The notes below the pieces were generated by a model. The model ran no database searches. It worked only from the letters and a program-made list of their open reading frames with translations, and was not told the origin of the DNA. Made by a program: the position numbers and the translations under genes. A stretch of 32,258 bases of DNA, taken from the NCBI GenBank assembly GCA_003557645.1, contig PWNV01000004.1:1-32258 (forward strand), read 5' to 3'. Within the stretch, counting starts at the first letter, position 1. Each line of letters starts with the position of its first letter. Source of the stretch: Candidatus Nealsonbacteria bacterium (GTDB taxonomy: Bacteria > Patescibacteriota > Minisyncoccia > Minisyncoccales > PWPS01). This document shows, one piece after another, positions 17,068 to 27,264 of the stretch.

Positions 17068-19152
17068 TTATACCTTAGTCCAAGAATCTTCTTCGGGATT
17101 ATCGTCTTCCCTTATTGGTGTCTCGTATATCTCTCTTGGTTTTGCTCCTTCTGCAGGACCAACAACTCCTCTCATCTCCAGTATATCAAGTAGACGAGCT
17201 GCGCGAGCATATCCTACACGCAACCTCCTTTGCAAGAGAGAGGCAGAAGCTTTTCCTGATTCAACTACTAATTTCTTAGCATCCTCGTAGAGAACATCGT
17301 CATCTTCATCGCTATCTATGGTGTTTTCCTGCTGTTTCTTTTCCAAAGACTCTCCTAGATTTTCTGCTAGCTGATCGTCATCTGTCATCTCCACATTCTC
17401 TTTAAGCCAGCTTACCACATCTTTTGCTTCTTTTTCTGAGATATAAGGAGCCTGAATACGTCTTGGTTTTGAGTTTTCCGTGGAAACACATAACATGTCT
17501 CCCGAGCCAAGCAACTTTTCTGCTCCTGCCATATCAAGAATAGTTCTTGAATCAACCTGAGAAGCAACACGAAAGCTTACTCTTGAAGTAATATTCGCCT
17601 TAATAAGTCCGGTAATTACTTCCACCGAAGGCCTTTGTGTAGCAAGCACAAGATGAATTCCTACCGCTCTTGCCATCTGTGCGATACGTACAATTCCTCC
17701 CTCAATTTCATTGCCTTTTGTCGCCATTAAATCGGCTAACTCATCAACTATGAAAACAATATAGGGCATCTTTTCAAGTTCCGGTTTTTTAAGACAAACA
17801 TCTTGATAACTAGCAATATTTCTTGACCCTACTTCTGAGAGCACTTTAAATCTTCTTTCCATCTCTCCGATAACCCAACCTAAGGCGTTCGAAGTTTTCT
17901 CTGCGTCATAGATCACGGGAGTGAGAAGGTGAGGAAGGTTCGCGTAAAGCGAAAACTCTACTCGTTTGGGATCAACCATAATAAGTCTTAAATCTTCCGG
18001 AGAGTTCTTATAAATCAGACTGAGAATAAGAGTGTTAAGAAAGATCGTTTTACCACTTCCTGTGGATCCTGCAACAAGGAGATGTGGCATCTTAGAGAGA
18101 TCGGTATAAAGCGCCTCCCCTGAAACAGCCTTTCCAATCACAACAGTAAGAACTGAGTCCGACTGAAAAAAGGTTTTGTCCTTGAGAAGACCACCCAAAG
18201 TTATCTGCGCTCTTTTTCTGTTTGGCACTTCAATTCCAACCAGGGATTTCCCGGGAATCGGAGCTTCTGTTCTTACCGGATGCATCGCAAGGGATATTGC
18301 AAGATCATCGGAAAGAGAAGTAATACGGGAAAGCTTTACTCCTTCTGCCGGCTTAAGGGTGTACTGAGTTACGGAAGGACCAACGTTTACCTCGTTCATG
18401 CCAACAGCGATATCAAAATCACTAAAGGTCTTCTTAATAATAGAAGCATTTCTTTTTATGTCACCCGGATCCGCCTTTTCATCAGCAGCCTTTAGAATGT
18501 CTAAAGGAGGAATAAGGCTGGGAAGATCTCTGCTCTTGGGAGGAGACACTTCCTTTTTCTCTTCCTCTTTCTTCTCTTCTTTTTCTTTTCTCTCGTTGTT
18601 TGAAGAAATAAACACCTTACGAACTCTCGATAGTTCCGCCTCATCCTTTTTCTTGAAGATTCCTTTTAAGATATCAAAAAAAGAGAACTCTTTGTGTAGT
18701 AAGTGTAAAAAAATCATTACTCCTGCAGTAATGAGAGTTAGAAATATAATGTAAGCAGCAAAACCTAAGAAATCGACAAAAGGAAACCCGAGAACCCTTC
18801 CCCAAAAACCCCCGTTGTTTTTAACACTAGTAGCAATAAGAGTGGAAACTCCAGTAATTAAAAAAATATTAGATAAAAGAAGAGGTAAAAGAAAATTCTC
18901 ATACCTAGTACGAAAATAAACAAGAGCAGAAAAAAGGAAAAGAAAGGGAATTATAAACACCGTATTTCCAAAAAGAGAAAAGAAGATTTCGTAAATTATT
19001 TCTCCACCTCTTCCTGCTAAGCCGTCAAAAAAACTAAGAGCAGTAATTATTGAAAGAAGAAGAAAGACTACTCCAATGAGATTCCTTTTTATTTTATCGG
19101 AAAGAAACGGCTTCCTTTCTTCCTTGTTTTTCTTTTGCTTTCTCTTCGCCAT
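17068..19152 (-). CDS. ftsK: DNA translocase FtsK/SpoIIIE
   Basis: N-terminal TMs, [27 protein letters not shown], gamma domain [18 protein letters not shown]. Confidence 0.98.
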   Translation of the reverse strand: MAKRKQKKNKEERKPFLSDKIKRNLIGVVFLLLSIITALSFFDGLAGRGGEIIYEIFFSLFGNTVFIIPFLFLFSALVYFRTRYENFLLPLLLSNIFLITGVSTLIATSVKNNGGFWGRVLGFPFVDFLGFAAYIIFLTLITAGVMIFLHLLHKEFSFFDILKGIFKKKDEAELSRVRKVFISSNNERKEKEEKKEEEKKEVSPPKSRDLPSLIPPLDILKAADEKADPGDIKRNASIIKKTFSDFDIAVGMNEVNVGPSVTQYTLKPAEGVKLSRITSLSDDLAISLAMHPVRTEAPIPGKSLVGIEVPNRKRAQITLGGLLKDKTFFQSDSVLTVVIGKAVSGEALYTDLSKMPHLLVAGSTGSGKTIFLNTLILSLIYKNSPEDLRLIMVDPKRVEFSLYANLPHLLTPVIYDAEKTSNALGWVIGEMERRFKVLSEVGSRNIASYQDVCLKKPELEKMPYIVFIVDELADLMATKGNEIEGGIVRIAQMARAVGIHLVLATQRPSVEVITGLIKANITSRVSFRVASQVDSRTILDMAGAEKLLGSGDMLCVSTENSKPRRIQAPYISEKEAKDVVSWLKENVEMTDDDQLAENLGESLEKKQQENTIDSDEDDDVLYEDAKKLVVESGKASASLLQRRLRVGYARAARLLDILEMRGVVGPAEGAKPREIYETPIREDDNPEEDSWTKV

Positions 19153-19161
19153 AATAGTTGT

Positions 19162-19170
19162 ATTTTACCA
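19162..19170 (-). promoter_or_regulatory. Extended -10 promoter for ftsK-recA, near-leaderless
   Basis: TGgTAAAAT, 9 nt before ATG(19152). Confidence 0.65.
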
Positions 19171-19180
19171 TAAAAAGCAC

Positions 19181-19210
19181 AAAAGAACAGGAGAGCCTGT
19201 TCTTTTTTTT
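19181..19210. terminator. Intrinsic terminator after rpoC
   Basis: AAAAGAACAGG-AGAG-CCTGTTCTTTT perfect 11-bp stem. Confidence 0.8.
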
Positions 19211-19232
19211 CTCTCCTTTTTACTATCAAAGC

Positions 19233-22200
19233 CTATTCTTTTTCTTTAAATCCACTTCCGGAGGGAATAAGTTTTCCAATGATAACGTTCTCTTTTAATC
19301 CTCTTAATCGATCTTCTTTGCCTTCTAGGGCGGCATCAATTAAAACTTTAGATGTTTGCTGAAAGGAAGCCGCAGAAAGGAACGAGTCTGTAGTAAGTGC
19401 TACTCTAGAGATTCCAAGAAGAATATCCTCTTCCTTAGGTGGCTTTTTCCCTTTCTTTTCCAACTCTTTCTTTTCTTCCAAAAATCTCTCTCTTTCAACA
19501 GTCTGTTTGTAGGTGAAAGAACTGTCTCCAGGATCAACGATACTAACTCGAGAAAACATCTGTCTGACAATTACTTCCAGGTGTTTTTCATGAATATCAA
19601 CTCCTTGTGAAACATACACCTTCTGTGCTTCTTTTAAAATGTATTTCTGAGTCTCTTCGGTTCCTCTTAACTTAAATAGCTTATTTAAATCAATGTTTCC
19701 TTCACAAAGGGCGTCTCCTTTCTTCACCTTGTCCCCTTCTTTCACGTAGAGAGCTTTTTTAGGTTCTATCTGGTAGTTTACCGTCTTAACCTTCTTTTCT
19801 TTGCTCTCAGGCCTTATTTTGATGACTTTAGTGTCTGTTATCTCTACTACTCGTCCATCCACTTCAGAGATATGAGCAAGTCCTTTAGGAACACGACGTT
19901 CAAAAATCTCTTGAATTCTCGGAAGACCGAGAGTAATATCTGCTCCCCCAGCAACTCCTCCTGTATGAAAAGTTCTCATAGTAAGCTGTGTTCCGGGCTC
20001 TCCAATTGCTTGTGCTGCAACAATACCAACCGCATCTCCTATTTTCACTCCTTTGTTTAGTCCCATATCCCAGCCGTAACACTTCGAACAAACCCCACCA
20101 ATCGTTTTACACTTAATAGCGGACCTTATATGCACCGAATCAATATCTGAATTCTCTATTTCTTTTGCTTGTCTCAAATTAATGATCTCTCCTTTCTTAA
20201 CCAAGGTCTTTCCTCCTACTTTAATGTCTTCCATAGTCGTCTGCCCTACAATCTTAAAAGAGAAGTCTTGCCCGATCTCATCCGCATCACTTCTTAGTGC
20301 TTTTTCTCCCTTTTTATCCTTACAGTCTTTCTCTCTAACGATTACTTCATGAGCAACATCGATAAGACGGCGAGTAAGATACCCTGCTTGTGCTGTCCTA
20401 AGAGCGGTATCTACCGTACCTTTCCTTGCTCCGTGAGTGGAGATAAAGTACTCAAGCACATCAAAGCCCTCTTTATAAGAACTTTTAATAGGAAGTTCAA
20501 GAATGTCTCCGGAGGGGTTTACTACGAGCCCTTTCATTCCCGCCATCTGAATCGGCTGAGACCAAGATCCACGAGAGCCAGAGTCTGTAATAACAAACGC
20601 TGAGCCGTCTTTGGGGAGAGTCTTTGGAACAAGCTCTTCAATCTTACCTTTAGCTTTGGTCCAAACTTCAACAATCTTTTCTGTTTTCTCTTCTTCTGAA
20701 AAGAATCCTTGCTCAAAGTAATTCTCTATCTCCTCTCTTTCTTTTTCCGCGGTTGCAAGAATCTCCGGTTTCTCCTCGGGGGTTATAAGATCACCCATTC
20801 CCCAAGAAACCCCTGACCTTGTAGCGTATTCGAATCCAAGATCTTTAATCTTGTCTAGTAAAAGATGTGCTTCTTCATTTTCGTGCTCTTGAATGATGTT
20901 TCCAACAAGCGCTTTCAGTTCACGAGACCTCATCGTTTTGTTTTGAAAAGGAATACTTTCCGGTAATACTTGATTAAAAATAACTCTCCCTGCGGTAGTT
21001 TCAATCATCTCTCCGTTGTGCCTCACTTTTATCTTGGCTTGAAGATCTATTGCTCCACTTTCTAAGACAAGCTCTACCTCTTTAGGAGAAGAAAAGACTC
21101 TTCCCTCTCCTTTTCCTTTTTCTTTTATAATCGTGAGCCAGTAGCATCCCAAAACAATATCCTGAGAGGGGGAGATAACAGGAAGTCCAGTTGCTGGCTT
21201 TAAAAGATTCAAGGAAGAAAGCATCTTTTCCTTGGCTTCTTTTTGTGCTTCATCAGAGAGCGGAAGATGAACCGCCATTTGATCTCCATCAAAATCAGCG
21301 TTAAATGCCTCACAAACAAAAGGATGAATACGAATAGCAAGCCCTTCAATTAAGATAGGCTTGAAAGCTTGAATTCCGAGCCTGTGTAGTGTGGGGGCAC
21401 GGTTAAGGAGTACTACCCGATCTTTAACAACTTCTTCAAGTATTGCCCACACTTCATCGGTCTCATCTTCAATGAGACGAGTCGCTCCACGCACATTATA
21501 GGTAAGTCTTTGTTCTAGTATCTTAGAAATCACAAAAGGCTTAAAAAGCTCTAGTGCCATTTTTTTAGGTATTCCGCACTGGTCAAGTCTTAAGTCAGAA
21601 CCAACTACAATTACCGATCTTCCCGAATAATCCACCCTCTTTCCAAGTAAGTTCTGTCTAAATCTTCCTTGTTTACCCTTAAGCATGTCCGCAAGTGATT
21701 TTAGAAGCCTTTTTCCTCCCGTAGAAGCCTGCGTTACCACTCCTTTTCTCATTTGATTGTCTAGGAGTGCGTCCACTGCTTCCTGAAGCATTCTTTTTTC
21801 GTTTCTAATAATTACTTCCGGAGCACTTATCTCTAATAAATACTTCAGACGATTGTTACGATTAATTACTCTTCTGTAAAGATCGTTTAAGTCGGAAGAA
21901 GCGTATCTTCCTCCGTCAAGTTGAATAATGGGGCGAAGATCGGGCGGAAGAACAGGGATAACGGTTACAAACATCCACTCTGGCCTTATTCCCGCTTTTT
22001 CCATTCTGCGAAAAAGGTCTAATCTTTGAAAAAGCTTTCTTTTCTTTGCCGAAGATGTTGTTCTGATCTTCTCTTTGTTCATCTCTTCAATTTTTTCCCG
22101 AAGATTGATCTTTTCAAAAAGATCTCTTAGAACTTCAGCTCCCGTTCCCGCATCAAACATCTCTCCGTATTTCCCAGAAAGTCTGTGATACTCCATTTCG

Positions 22201-22793
22201 GAAAGAACTTCTTTTTCCTTTATTAGCCTTAACTCTTCTTTAACTTTTTCTTTTTGTTTGTCCAGTTTTGCAATCTCTTCTTGCAAAGCCTCTCCTTTTA
22301 GTTCTGTCTTTAGACTCTTTACTCTTTCCTTGTACTCTTTATCTACTTTCTTTAGAATCTTTTTCTTTTCTTCTTTGTTGATATCAGTAATAATATAAGC
22401 AGCAAAATAAACAACTCTCTCCAACTTTTTCATGGGAATATCCAAAATAAGCCCCATTCGGGAAGGAACTCCTCGCAAAAACCAAATATGAGAAATTGGA
22501 CAGGCAAGCTTAATGTCTCCCATGCGTTCCCGACGCACAGAAGCTTTGGTCACCTCTACACCACAACGATCACAAACAACTCCTTTATAACGCACCTTTC
22601 GATACTTACCGCAGTAACACTTATAATCTTTCTCCGGACCAAAAATCTTTTCGCAAAAAAGACCATCTTTCTCTGGCTTTTGGTTGCGGTAATTTATCGT
22701 TTCCGCTTCTAGTACCTCGCCATATGACCATTTTAAAATATCTTCAGGAGAGGCAAGTTTTATTCTAATAGCGACTAAATCTTCTACGCGCAT
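19233..22793 (-). CDS. rpoC: RNA polymerase beta' subunit
   Basis: NADFDGDQM catalytic motif, zinc-binding CYCGKY...CDRC, GEPGTQLTMRTFH. Confidence 0.99.
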   Translation of the reverse strand: MRVEDLVAIRIKLASPEDILKWSYGEVLEAETINYRNQKPEKDGLFCEKIFGPEKDYKCYCGKYRKVRYKGVVCDRCGVEVTKASVRRERMGDIKLACPISHIWFLRGVPSRMGLILDIPMKKLERVVYFAAYIITDINKEEKKKILKKVDKEYKERVKSLKTELKGEALQEEIAKLDKQKEKVKEELRLIKEKEVLSEMEYHRLSGKYGEMFDAGTGAEVLRDLFEKINLREKIEEMNKEKIRTTSSAKKRKLFQRLDLFRRMEKAGIRPEWMFVTVIPVLPPDLRPIIQLDGGRYASSDLNDLYRRVINRNNRLKYLLEISAPEVIIRNEKRMLQEAVDALLDNQMRKGVVTQASTGGKRLLKSLADMLKGKQGRFRQNLLGKRVDYSGRSVIVVGSDLRLDQCGIPKKMALELFKPFVISKILEQRLTYNVRGATRLIEDETDEVWAILEEVVKDRVVLLNRAPTLHRLGIQAFKPILIEGLAIRIHPFVCEAFNADFDGDQMAVHLPLSDEAQKEAKEKMLSSLNLLKPATGLPVISPSQDIVLGCYWLTIIKEKGKGEGRVFSSPKEVELVLESGAIDLQAKIKVRHNGEMIETTAGRVIFNQVLPESIPFQNKTMRSRELKALVGNIIQEHENEEAHLLLDKIKDLGFEYATRSGVSWGMGDLITPEEKPEILATAEKEREEIENYFEQGFFSEEEKTEKIVEVWTKAKGKIEELVPKTLPKDGSAFVITDSGSRGSWSQPIQMAGMKGLVVNPSGDILELPIKSSYKEGFDVLEYFISTHGARKGTVDTALRTAQAGYLTRRLIDVAHEVIVREKDCKDKKGEKALRSDADEIGQDFSFKIVGQTTMEDIKVGGKTLVKKGEIINLRQAKEIENSDIDSVHIRSAIKCKTIGGVCSKCYGWDMGLNKGVKIGDAVGIVAAQAIGEPGTQLTMRTFHTGGVAGGADITLGLPRIQEIFERRVPKGLAHISEVDGRVVEITDTKVIKIRPESKEKKVKTVNYQIEPKKALYVKEGDKVKKGDALCEGNIDLNKLFKLRGTEETQKYILKEAQKVYVSQGVDIHEKHLEVIVRQMFSRVSIVDPGDSSFTYKQTVERERFLEEKKELEKKGKKPPKEEDILLGISRVALTTDSFLSAASFQQTSKVLIDAALEGKEDRLRGLKENVIIGKLIPSGSGFKEKE

Positions 22794-22804
22794 ATTACTA
22801 AAGT

Positions 22805-25800
22805 TTATCTACTACTTTTTTTTATTTCCACACTGAGCCCCATCGCCTTAAGTTCGGCAACCAGCAGCTCAAAAGAAGCCGGTATATTTGGAGTTTGAAT
22901 AGGCTCTCCTTTTAAAATAGATTCGTAAGCTGCTGCTCTTCCGGGAACATCATCTGATTTAATAGTGAGCATTTCCTGCAAAATATATGCTGCCCCGTAT
23001 CCTTCGAGAGCCCACACTTCCATCTCCCCGAATCTTTGTCCTCCAAATTGTGCTTTTCCTCCAAGGGGTTGTTGGGTAATAAGCGAATAAGGACCGATAG
23101 AGCGCATATGAATCTTATCTTCAATCATGTGCTCTAGTTTCATCATATAAATATATCCTACAGTAACTCTTTCGGGAAAAACTTCTCCTGTTCTTCCATC
23201 AATAAGTTTCATCTTTCCATCTTCCGGAAGTCCCGCTTTCTTGAGTTCGTTTTTAATATCTTCCTCGTTAGCACCAGAAAGGGAGGGAGTAACTGCGATG
23301 TAATTTAACTTTTTAGCCGCAATTCCAAGATGTGTTTCCAGCACTTGCCCTAAATTCATTCTAGAAACAACAGAAAGAGGATTTAATAAAATATCAACCG
23401 GCGTTCCGTCTTCAAGAAAAGGCATCTCCTCTTCAGGAAGAATTTGAGAAATAACCCCCTTATTACCGTGTCTTCCTGCGAGCTTATCACCAGCCCTGAT
23501 CTTTCTCATTTGGCTCACTTTCACCTCAATCCTTTTTATTACTCCAGTGTCTAGTTTATGTCCCTCATCTCTGGAAAAAACCTTTACTCCGATAACTCTT
23601 CCTCTCTTTCCATGCTCCATAACAAGAGAAGTGTCCTTAACATCCTTTGCCTTCTCTCCAAAAATAGCTTTCAATAATCTTTCTTCCGCAGTGAGATCCG
23701 TTTTTCCTTTCGGAGATATCTTTCCTACAAGAATATCATTGGGACCAACTTCTGCTCCAGGACGAACAATTCCCTCTTCGTCAAGATCTTTGAGTTTTTT
23801 CTCTGAAACATTGGGAATATCACTAGTAGTAATCTCTGGACCAAGCTTTGTCTCTCTTACATCACAAACAAAGTTCTCTATTTGAATGGAAGTATAGGTA
23901 TCGTCTTTAACCAGCTTTTCAGAGATAACTATTGCATCTTCGAAGTTCTTTCCTCTCCAAGAAAGAAAAGCTACTAAAAGATTCTGCCCAAGAGCAACTC
24001 TTCCTTGTGCTATCGCCCCTCCGTCGCTTAATACTTGTCCTTTCTTAACTTTCTCTCCTTTTTTAACAACTGGTCTTTGATGAAAACAGGTATACTGATT
24101 TGTTTCTGAAAAAACTTCTAAATCGTATCTTTTCTTTCCGTTCTTTGTTTTTAATAAAATATGGTCCGCATCAACCTCTTTTACTTCTCCTGCTTCTTCT
24201 GCAATAACAATTTGACCAGAATCAAGTGCAATTCTCTCTTCTATTCCGGTAGAAACTAAAGGAGCTTCCGGGTTTATTAGAGGAACGGCTTGTCTTTGCA
24301 TATTTGACCCCATCAATGCTCTGTTAGCATCATCACTTTGCAGAAAAGGAATAATAGAGGAAGCAACCGAAACCAGTTGTTCTGCGGAAACATCAATCAA
24401 ATCTATGTCTTTTTTTTCAATAATCATTGGATTTCCTTTCACTCTGGCTTCAACTTTGTTTTTGACAATATTTCCTTTTTCATCAACATCTACTCCGCCG
24501 TGAGCAATACGATACTTCTCTTCTTCATGAGCATCGAGATAAATCATCTCTTTGGTGACCTTCCCTTTTTTTACTTTAAAGTAAGGGGTTTCCAAGAAGC
24601 CGTAACGGTTTGTCCTTGCGTACAAAGATAAATGACCTACCAGCCCTACGTTTTGTCCTTCTGGGGTTTGAATAGGGCATATTCTTCCGTAGTGAGAAGC
24701 TTGAACATCTCTTGCTTCAAATCCAGCACGTTCTCTCCTTAATCCACCCGGTCCAGTTGCAGTGAGTCTCCTCTTGTGTTCTAGCTCAGAGAGTGGATTG
24801 TCGCAATCCATAAACTGAGATATCTGAGACGAGGCAAAAAATCTTTGCACTGCTGATGCAAAAGGACGAGAATTTATAATCTTTCCAGGATTAATGCTAT
24901 CAACTTCTAACGTAGATATCTTGTCTTTTACATTTCTTTCTATTCTCGCAAGCCCCACACGTAAGGTGCTTTCTAAGAGCTCTGTAAAAAACCTCATTCT
25001 TCTGTTGCCGAGATGGTCTATTTCATCTTCCTTAGCGGTAGGATCATTGTTCAACCTTATAATCTCTCTTAAGGTTGCCACAATATCTTCTGGATAAAGC
25101 AACCTGTCCTCAATCTCAATTTCCTTTTTCCTTGTTATTTCAGGAAGCCTTTGCCACATTCTCCAACGCCCAACATCAGAAAAATCGTAACGCTCAAAAT
25201 TAAAAAAAGTATTCTCTATTAGTTCCCTGGCTGTTTCTGGGGTTACCACATCTCCAGGACGTATTCTCTTATATATCTCTACAAGAGCTTCTTCCCTGTT
25301 TTTTGCCGAGTCACGTTCAATTGTTTTTTCAATATATCTTTTCTCTCCTTTATCAACATCTTTAAAGAGATCCATTACTTCCTTATCGCTAGCTTCTTTC
25401 CATCCAGGATACTTCATTCCTGGAAGTCCGAGAGCACGAAGTAACGTTGTTGCAGAAACCTTTCTCCTACGATCTATCTTCACTCCGATAAAACCGGATG
25501 ACTCCGTTTGAAATTCAAGCCAAGTCCCTCTGTTAGGAATGATTTTTGCTCCGAAACACTTTTCACCACGTGACATTTGAGCAGTAAAAAATGCTCCCGG
25601 AGAGCGAATAATTTGTGCAACAAGAACTCTTTCTACGCCGTTAATAATAAAAGTTCCCCTCTCTGTCATAAGGGGGAAGTCACACAAGAAAATCTCTTGT
25701 TTGCTTGTTTTTTTTGTTTTAAGATTACGAAGCTCTACCTCAACTTTCAAGGGTGCCTCGTAAGAATCGTTGTTCTCCTTTGCTTTTTTTCCGTTTTCGT

Positions 25801-25999
25801 ACTTAGGCTTTCCAAGACGATAGTCGGAAAAATAAAGTTCCCACTCTTTTCCGGTATAATCCCGAATAGGAGACGCTTCATGGAAGAGAGTCTTTAATCT
25901 TTCATCCCAAAAGTTTTTCCAAGGATCTTTTTGGGTACTTAAAAGATAGGGAGGAGGAAGCGATATTTTTTTCTTTCCAAAATATTTTACTTTTTGCAT
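22805..25999 (-). CDS. rpoB: RNA polymerase beta subunit
   Basis: GTFIINGVERV, RALMGSNMQRQA, GDKLAGRHGNKG, GGQRFGEMEVWAL; likely start ATG 25999. Confidence 0.99.
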   Translation of the reverse strand: MQKVKYFGKKKISLPPPYLLSTQKDPWKNFWDERLKTLFHEASPIRDYTGKEWELYFSDYRLGKPKYENGKKAKENNDSYEAPLKVEVELRNLKTKKTSKQEIFLCDFPLMTERGTFIINGVERVLVAQIIRSPGAFFTAQMSRGEKCFGAKIIPNRGTWLEFQTESSGFIGVKIDRRRKVSATTLLRALGLPGMKYPGWKEASDKEVMDLFKDVDKGEKRYIEKTIERDSAKNREEALVEIYKRIRPGDVVTPETARELIENTFFNFERYDFSDVGRWRMWQRLPEITRKKEIEIEDRLLYPEDIVATLREIIRLNNDPTAKEDEIDHLGNRRMRFFTELLESTLRVGLARIERNVKDKISTLEVDSINPGKIINSRPFASAVQRFFASSQISQFMDCDNPLSELEHKRRLTATGPGGLRRERAGFEARDVQASHYGRICPIQTPEGQNVGLVGHLSLYARTNRYGFLETPYFKVKKGKVTKEMIYLDAHEEEKYRIAHGGVDVDEKGNIVKNKVEARVKGNPMIIEKKDIDLIDVSAEQLVSVASSIIPFLQSDDANRALMGSNMQRQAVPLINPEAPLVSTGIEERIALDSGQIVIAEEAGEVKEVDADHILLKTKNGKKRYDLEVFSETNQYTCFHQRPVVKKGEKVKKGQVLSDGGAIAQGRVALGQNLLVAFLSWRGKNFEDAIVISEKLVKDDTYTSIQIENFVCDVRETKLGPEITTSDIPNVSEKKLKDLDEEGIVRPGAEVGPNDILVGKISPKGKTDLTAEERLLKAIFGEKAKDVKDTSLVMEHGKRGRVIGVKVFSRDEGHKLDTGVIKRIEVKVSQMRKIRAGDKLAGRHGNKGVISQILPEEEMPFLEDGTPVDILLNPLSVVSRMNLGQVLETHLGIAAKKLNYIAVTPSLSGANEEDIKNELKKAGLPEDGKMKLIDGRTGEVFPERVTVGYIYMMKLEHMIEDKIHMRSIGPYSLITQQPLGGKAQFGGQRFGEMEVWALEGYGAAYILQEMLTIKSDDVPGRAAAYESILKGEPIQTPNIPASFELLVAELKAMGLSVEIKKSSR

Positions 26000-26068
26000 A
26001 AGACAAAACAAAACTGCCCCACAACGAAACCGTGAGGTCTTAAAAACTTTTATTCACGAGCTATTAAA

Positions 26069-26077
26069 ATGATATCA
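26069..26077 (-). promoter_or_regulatory. Candidate extended -10 promoter for rpoBC
   Basis: TGaTATCAT about 70 nt upstream of the rpoB ATG; no convincing -35. Confidence 0.5.
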
Positions 26078-26151
26078 AACAAGAGAGTAATAATTTAAAC
26101 AAAAAAAGGGTCTTTCTGAGGACCTGTTGCTATAAGTAGTCCTAATTTTAC

Positions 26152-27264
26152 TTATAATATATTTTTTGTCAACCCCTCGTGGAAAGAGATGTCTTTTCTT
26201 ATGCTTTCCATTATTCCAAGTCCCAGAAAAACAAAAAGCAGATTACTTCCTCCATAACTTACCAAAGGAAGCGGTGTACCGATAATCGGCAGAACACCTA
26301 GATTCATTCCCATATTTATAAACGCCTGGGTAGCTATAATAACAACAAAACCAAAAACAAAAAGACGTGGAAAGTTCGTGTTTGAGTGTAAAATAACAAG
26401 GAAACTTCGCCAAAAGAACACAATGAATCCAAAGACAAGCAATACTACTCCGATAAAACCCATCTCTTCTGCGATGGCGGCAAAAATAAAATCTGTTTGG
26501 GGAAGAGGAAGAAAGCCTAGTTGGGTTTGAGAACCACTTCCAATCCCCTGACCAAGAAAACCACCGCTTCCTACCGCTATCTGTGCTTGCGTTTGCCCCC
26601 ATCCTATCCCTTGAGGATCAAGCTGAGGCTCCAAGAAAGCAATAACACGATCTTTTTGATAATCTTGCAAGAAAACCGACCAACCGACTCCTAAGAAAAC
26701 TACCCCTAAAAGACAAATAGCTATAAAGTGGCGTAACTTAATTCCAGAAAGCAAAAGTACACCGATCCACATAATAACAAGGATTAGTGCAGATCCAAGA
26801 TCTGGTTGTCTAAAAATAAGAAAGGTAGGAATAAGAACATATATCCCAGCAAGTACAATATGAGAAACCTTGTACATCTCCACGTGTCTGTTGGAAAAAA
26901 ACTTAGCCAATAAAATAATAATAACTATTTTGAAAACTTCTCCTGGGTCAAAAAGAAACGGCCCTATCTCATACCCCCTCCTTACATCTCTTATCTCTGG
27001 AGCAAAAAAGAAAAGTCCCACCAAAAGAAATAAGGAAAAGAAATAAAGTGCCAAAATTAAATAAGAGTTTTCTCGGAAAATTCGCCAGTCAATGAAAGAG
27101 ACTAAAAACATTAAGAAAATCCCTCCAACAAGAAAAAAGGCTTGCCTTACCGCAATTTCACTGTTAGACCCATAAATAGAAAGCATTCCGATCACAGCAA
27201 GAAGGAGTACAGAAGACAAAAGAATAAAGTCAAATCCCTTAATATGATCAATTATTTTTTTCAT
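26152..27264 (-). CDS. rodA: SEDS family protein, RodA-like
   Basis: About 10 TMs; QPDLGSA, YQKDR...FL.P..DP.G.G, AVGSGG..G.G, TDFIF..IAEE.GF, GTPLPLVSYGGS. Confidence 0.88.
   Translation of the reverse strand: MKKIIDHIKGFDFILLSSVLLLAVIGMLSIYGSNSEIAVRQAFFLVGGIFLMFLVSFIDWRIFRENSYLILALYFFSLFLLVGLFFFAPEIRDVRRGYEIGPFLFDPGEVFKIVIIILLAKFFSNRHVEMYKVSHIVLAGIYVLIPTFLIFRQPDLGSALILVIMWIGVLLLSGIKLRHFIAICLLGVVFLGVGWSVFLQDYQKDRVIAFLEPQLDPQGIGWGQTQAQIAVGSGGFLGQGIGSGSQTQLGFLPLPQTDFIFAAIAEEMGFIGVVLLVFGFIVFFWRSFLVILHSNTNFPRLFVFGFVVIIATQAFINMGMNLGVLPIIGTPLPLVSYGGSNLLFVFLGLGIMESIRKDISFHEGLTKNIL

Noticed and set aside
26131-26156. TATAAGTA-N10-TACTTATA inverted repeat at the rodA stop as a dif site or operator
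   Set aside because: AT-rich, does not match dif arm or spacer geometry, and plausible by chance or as part of rodA termination.
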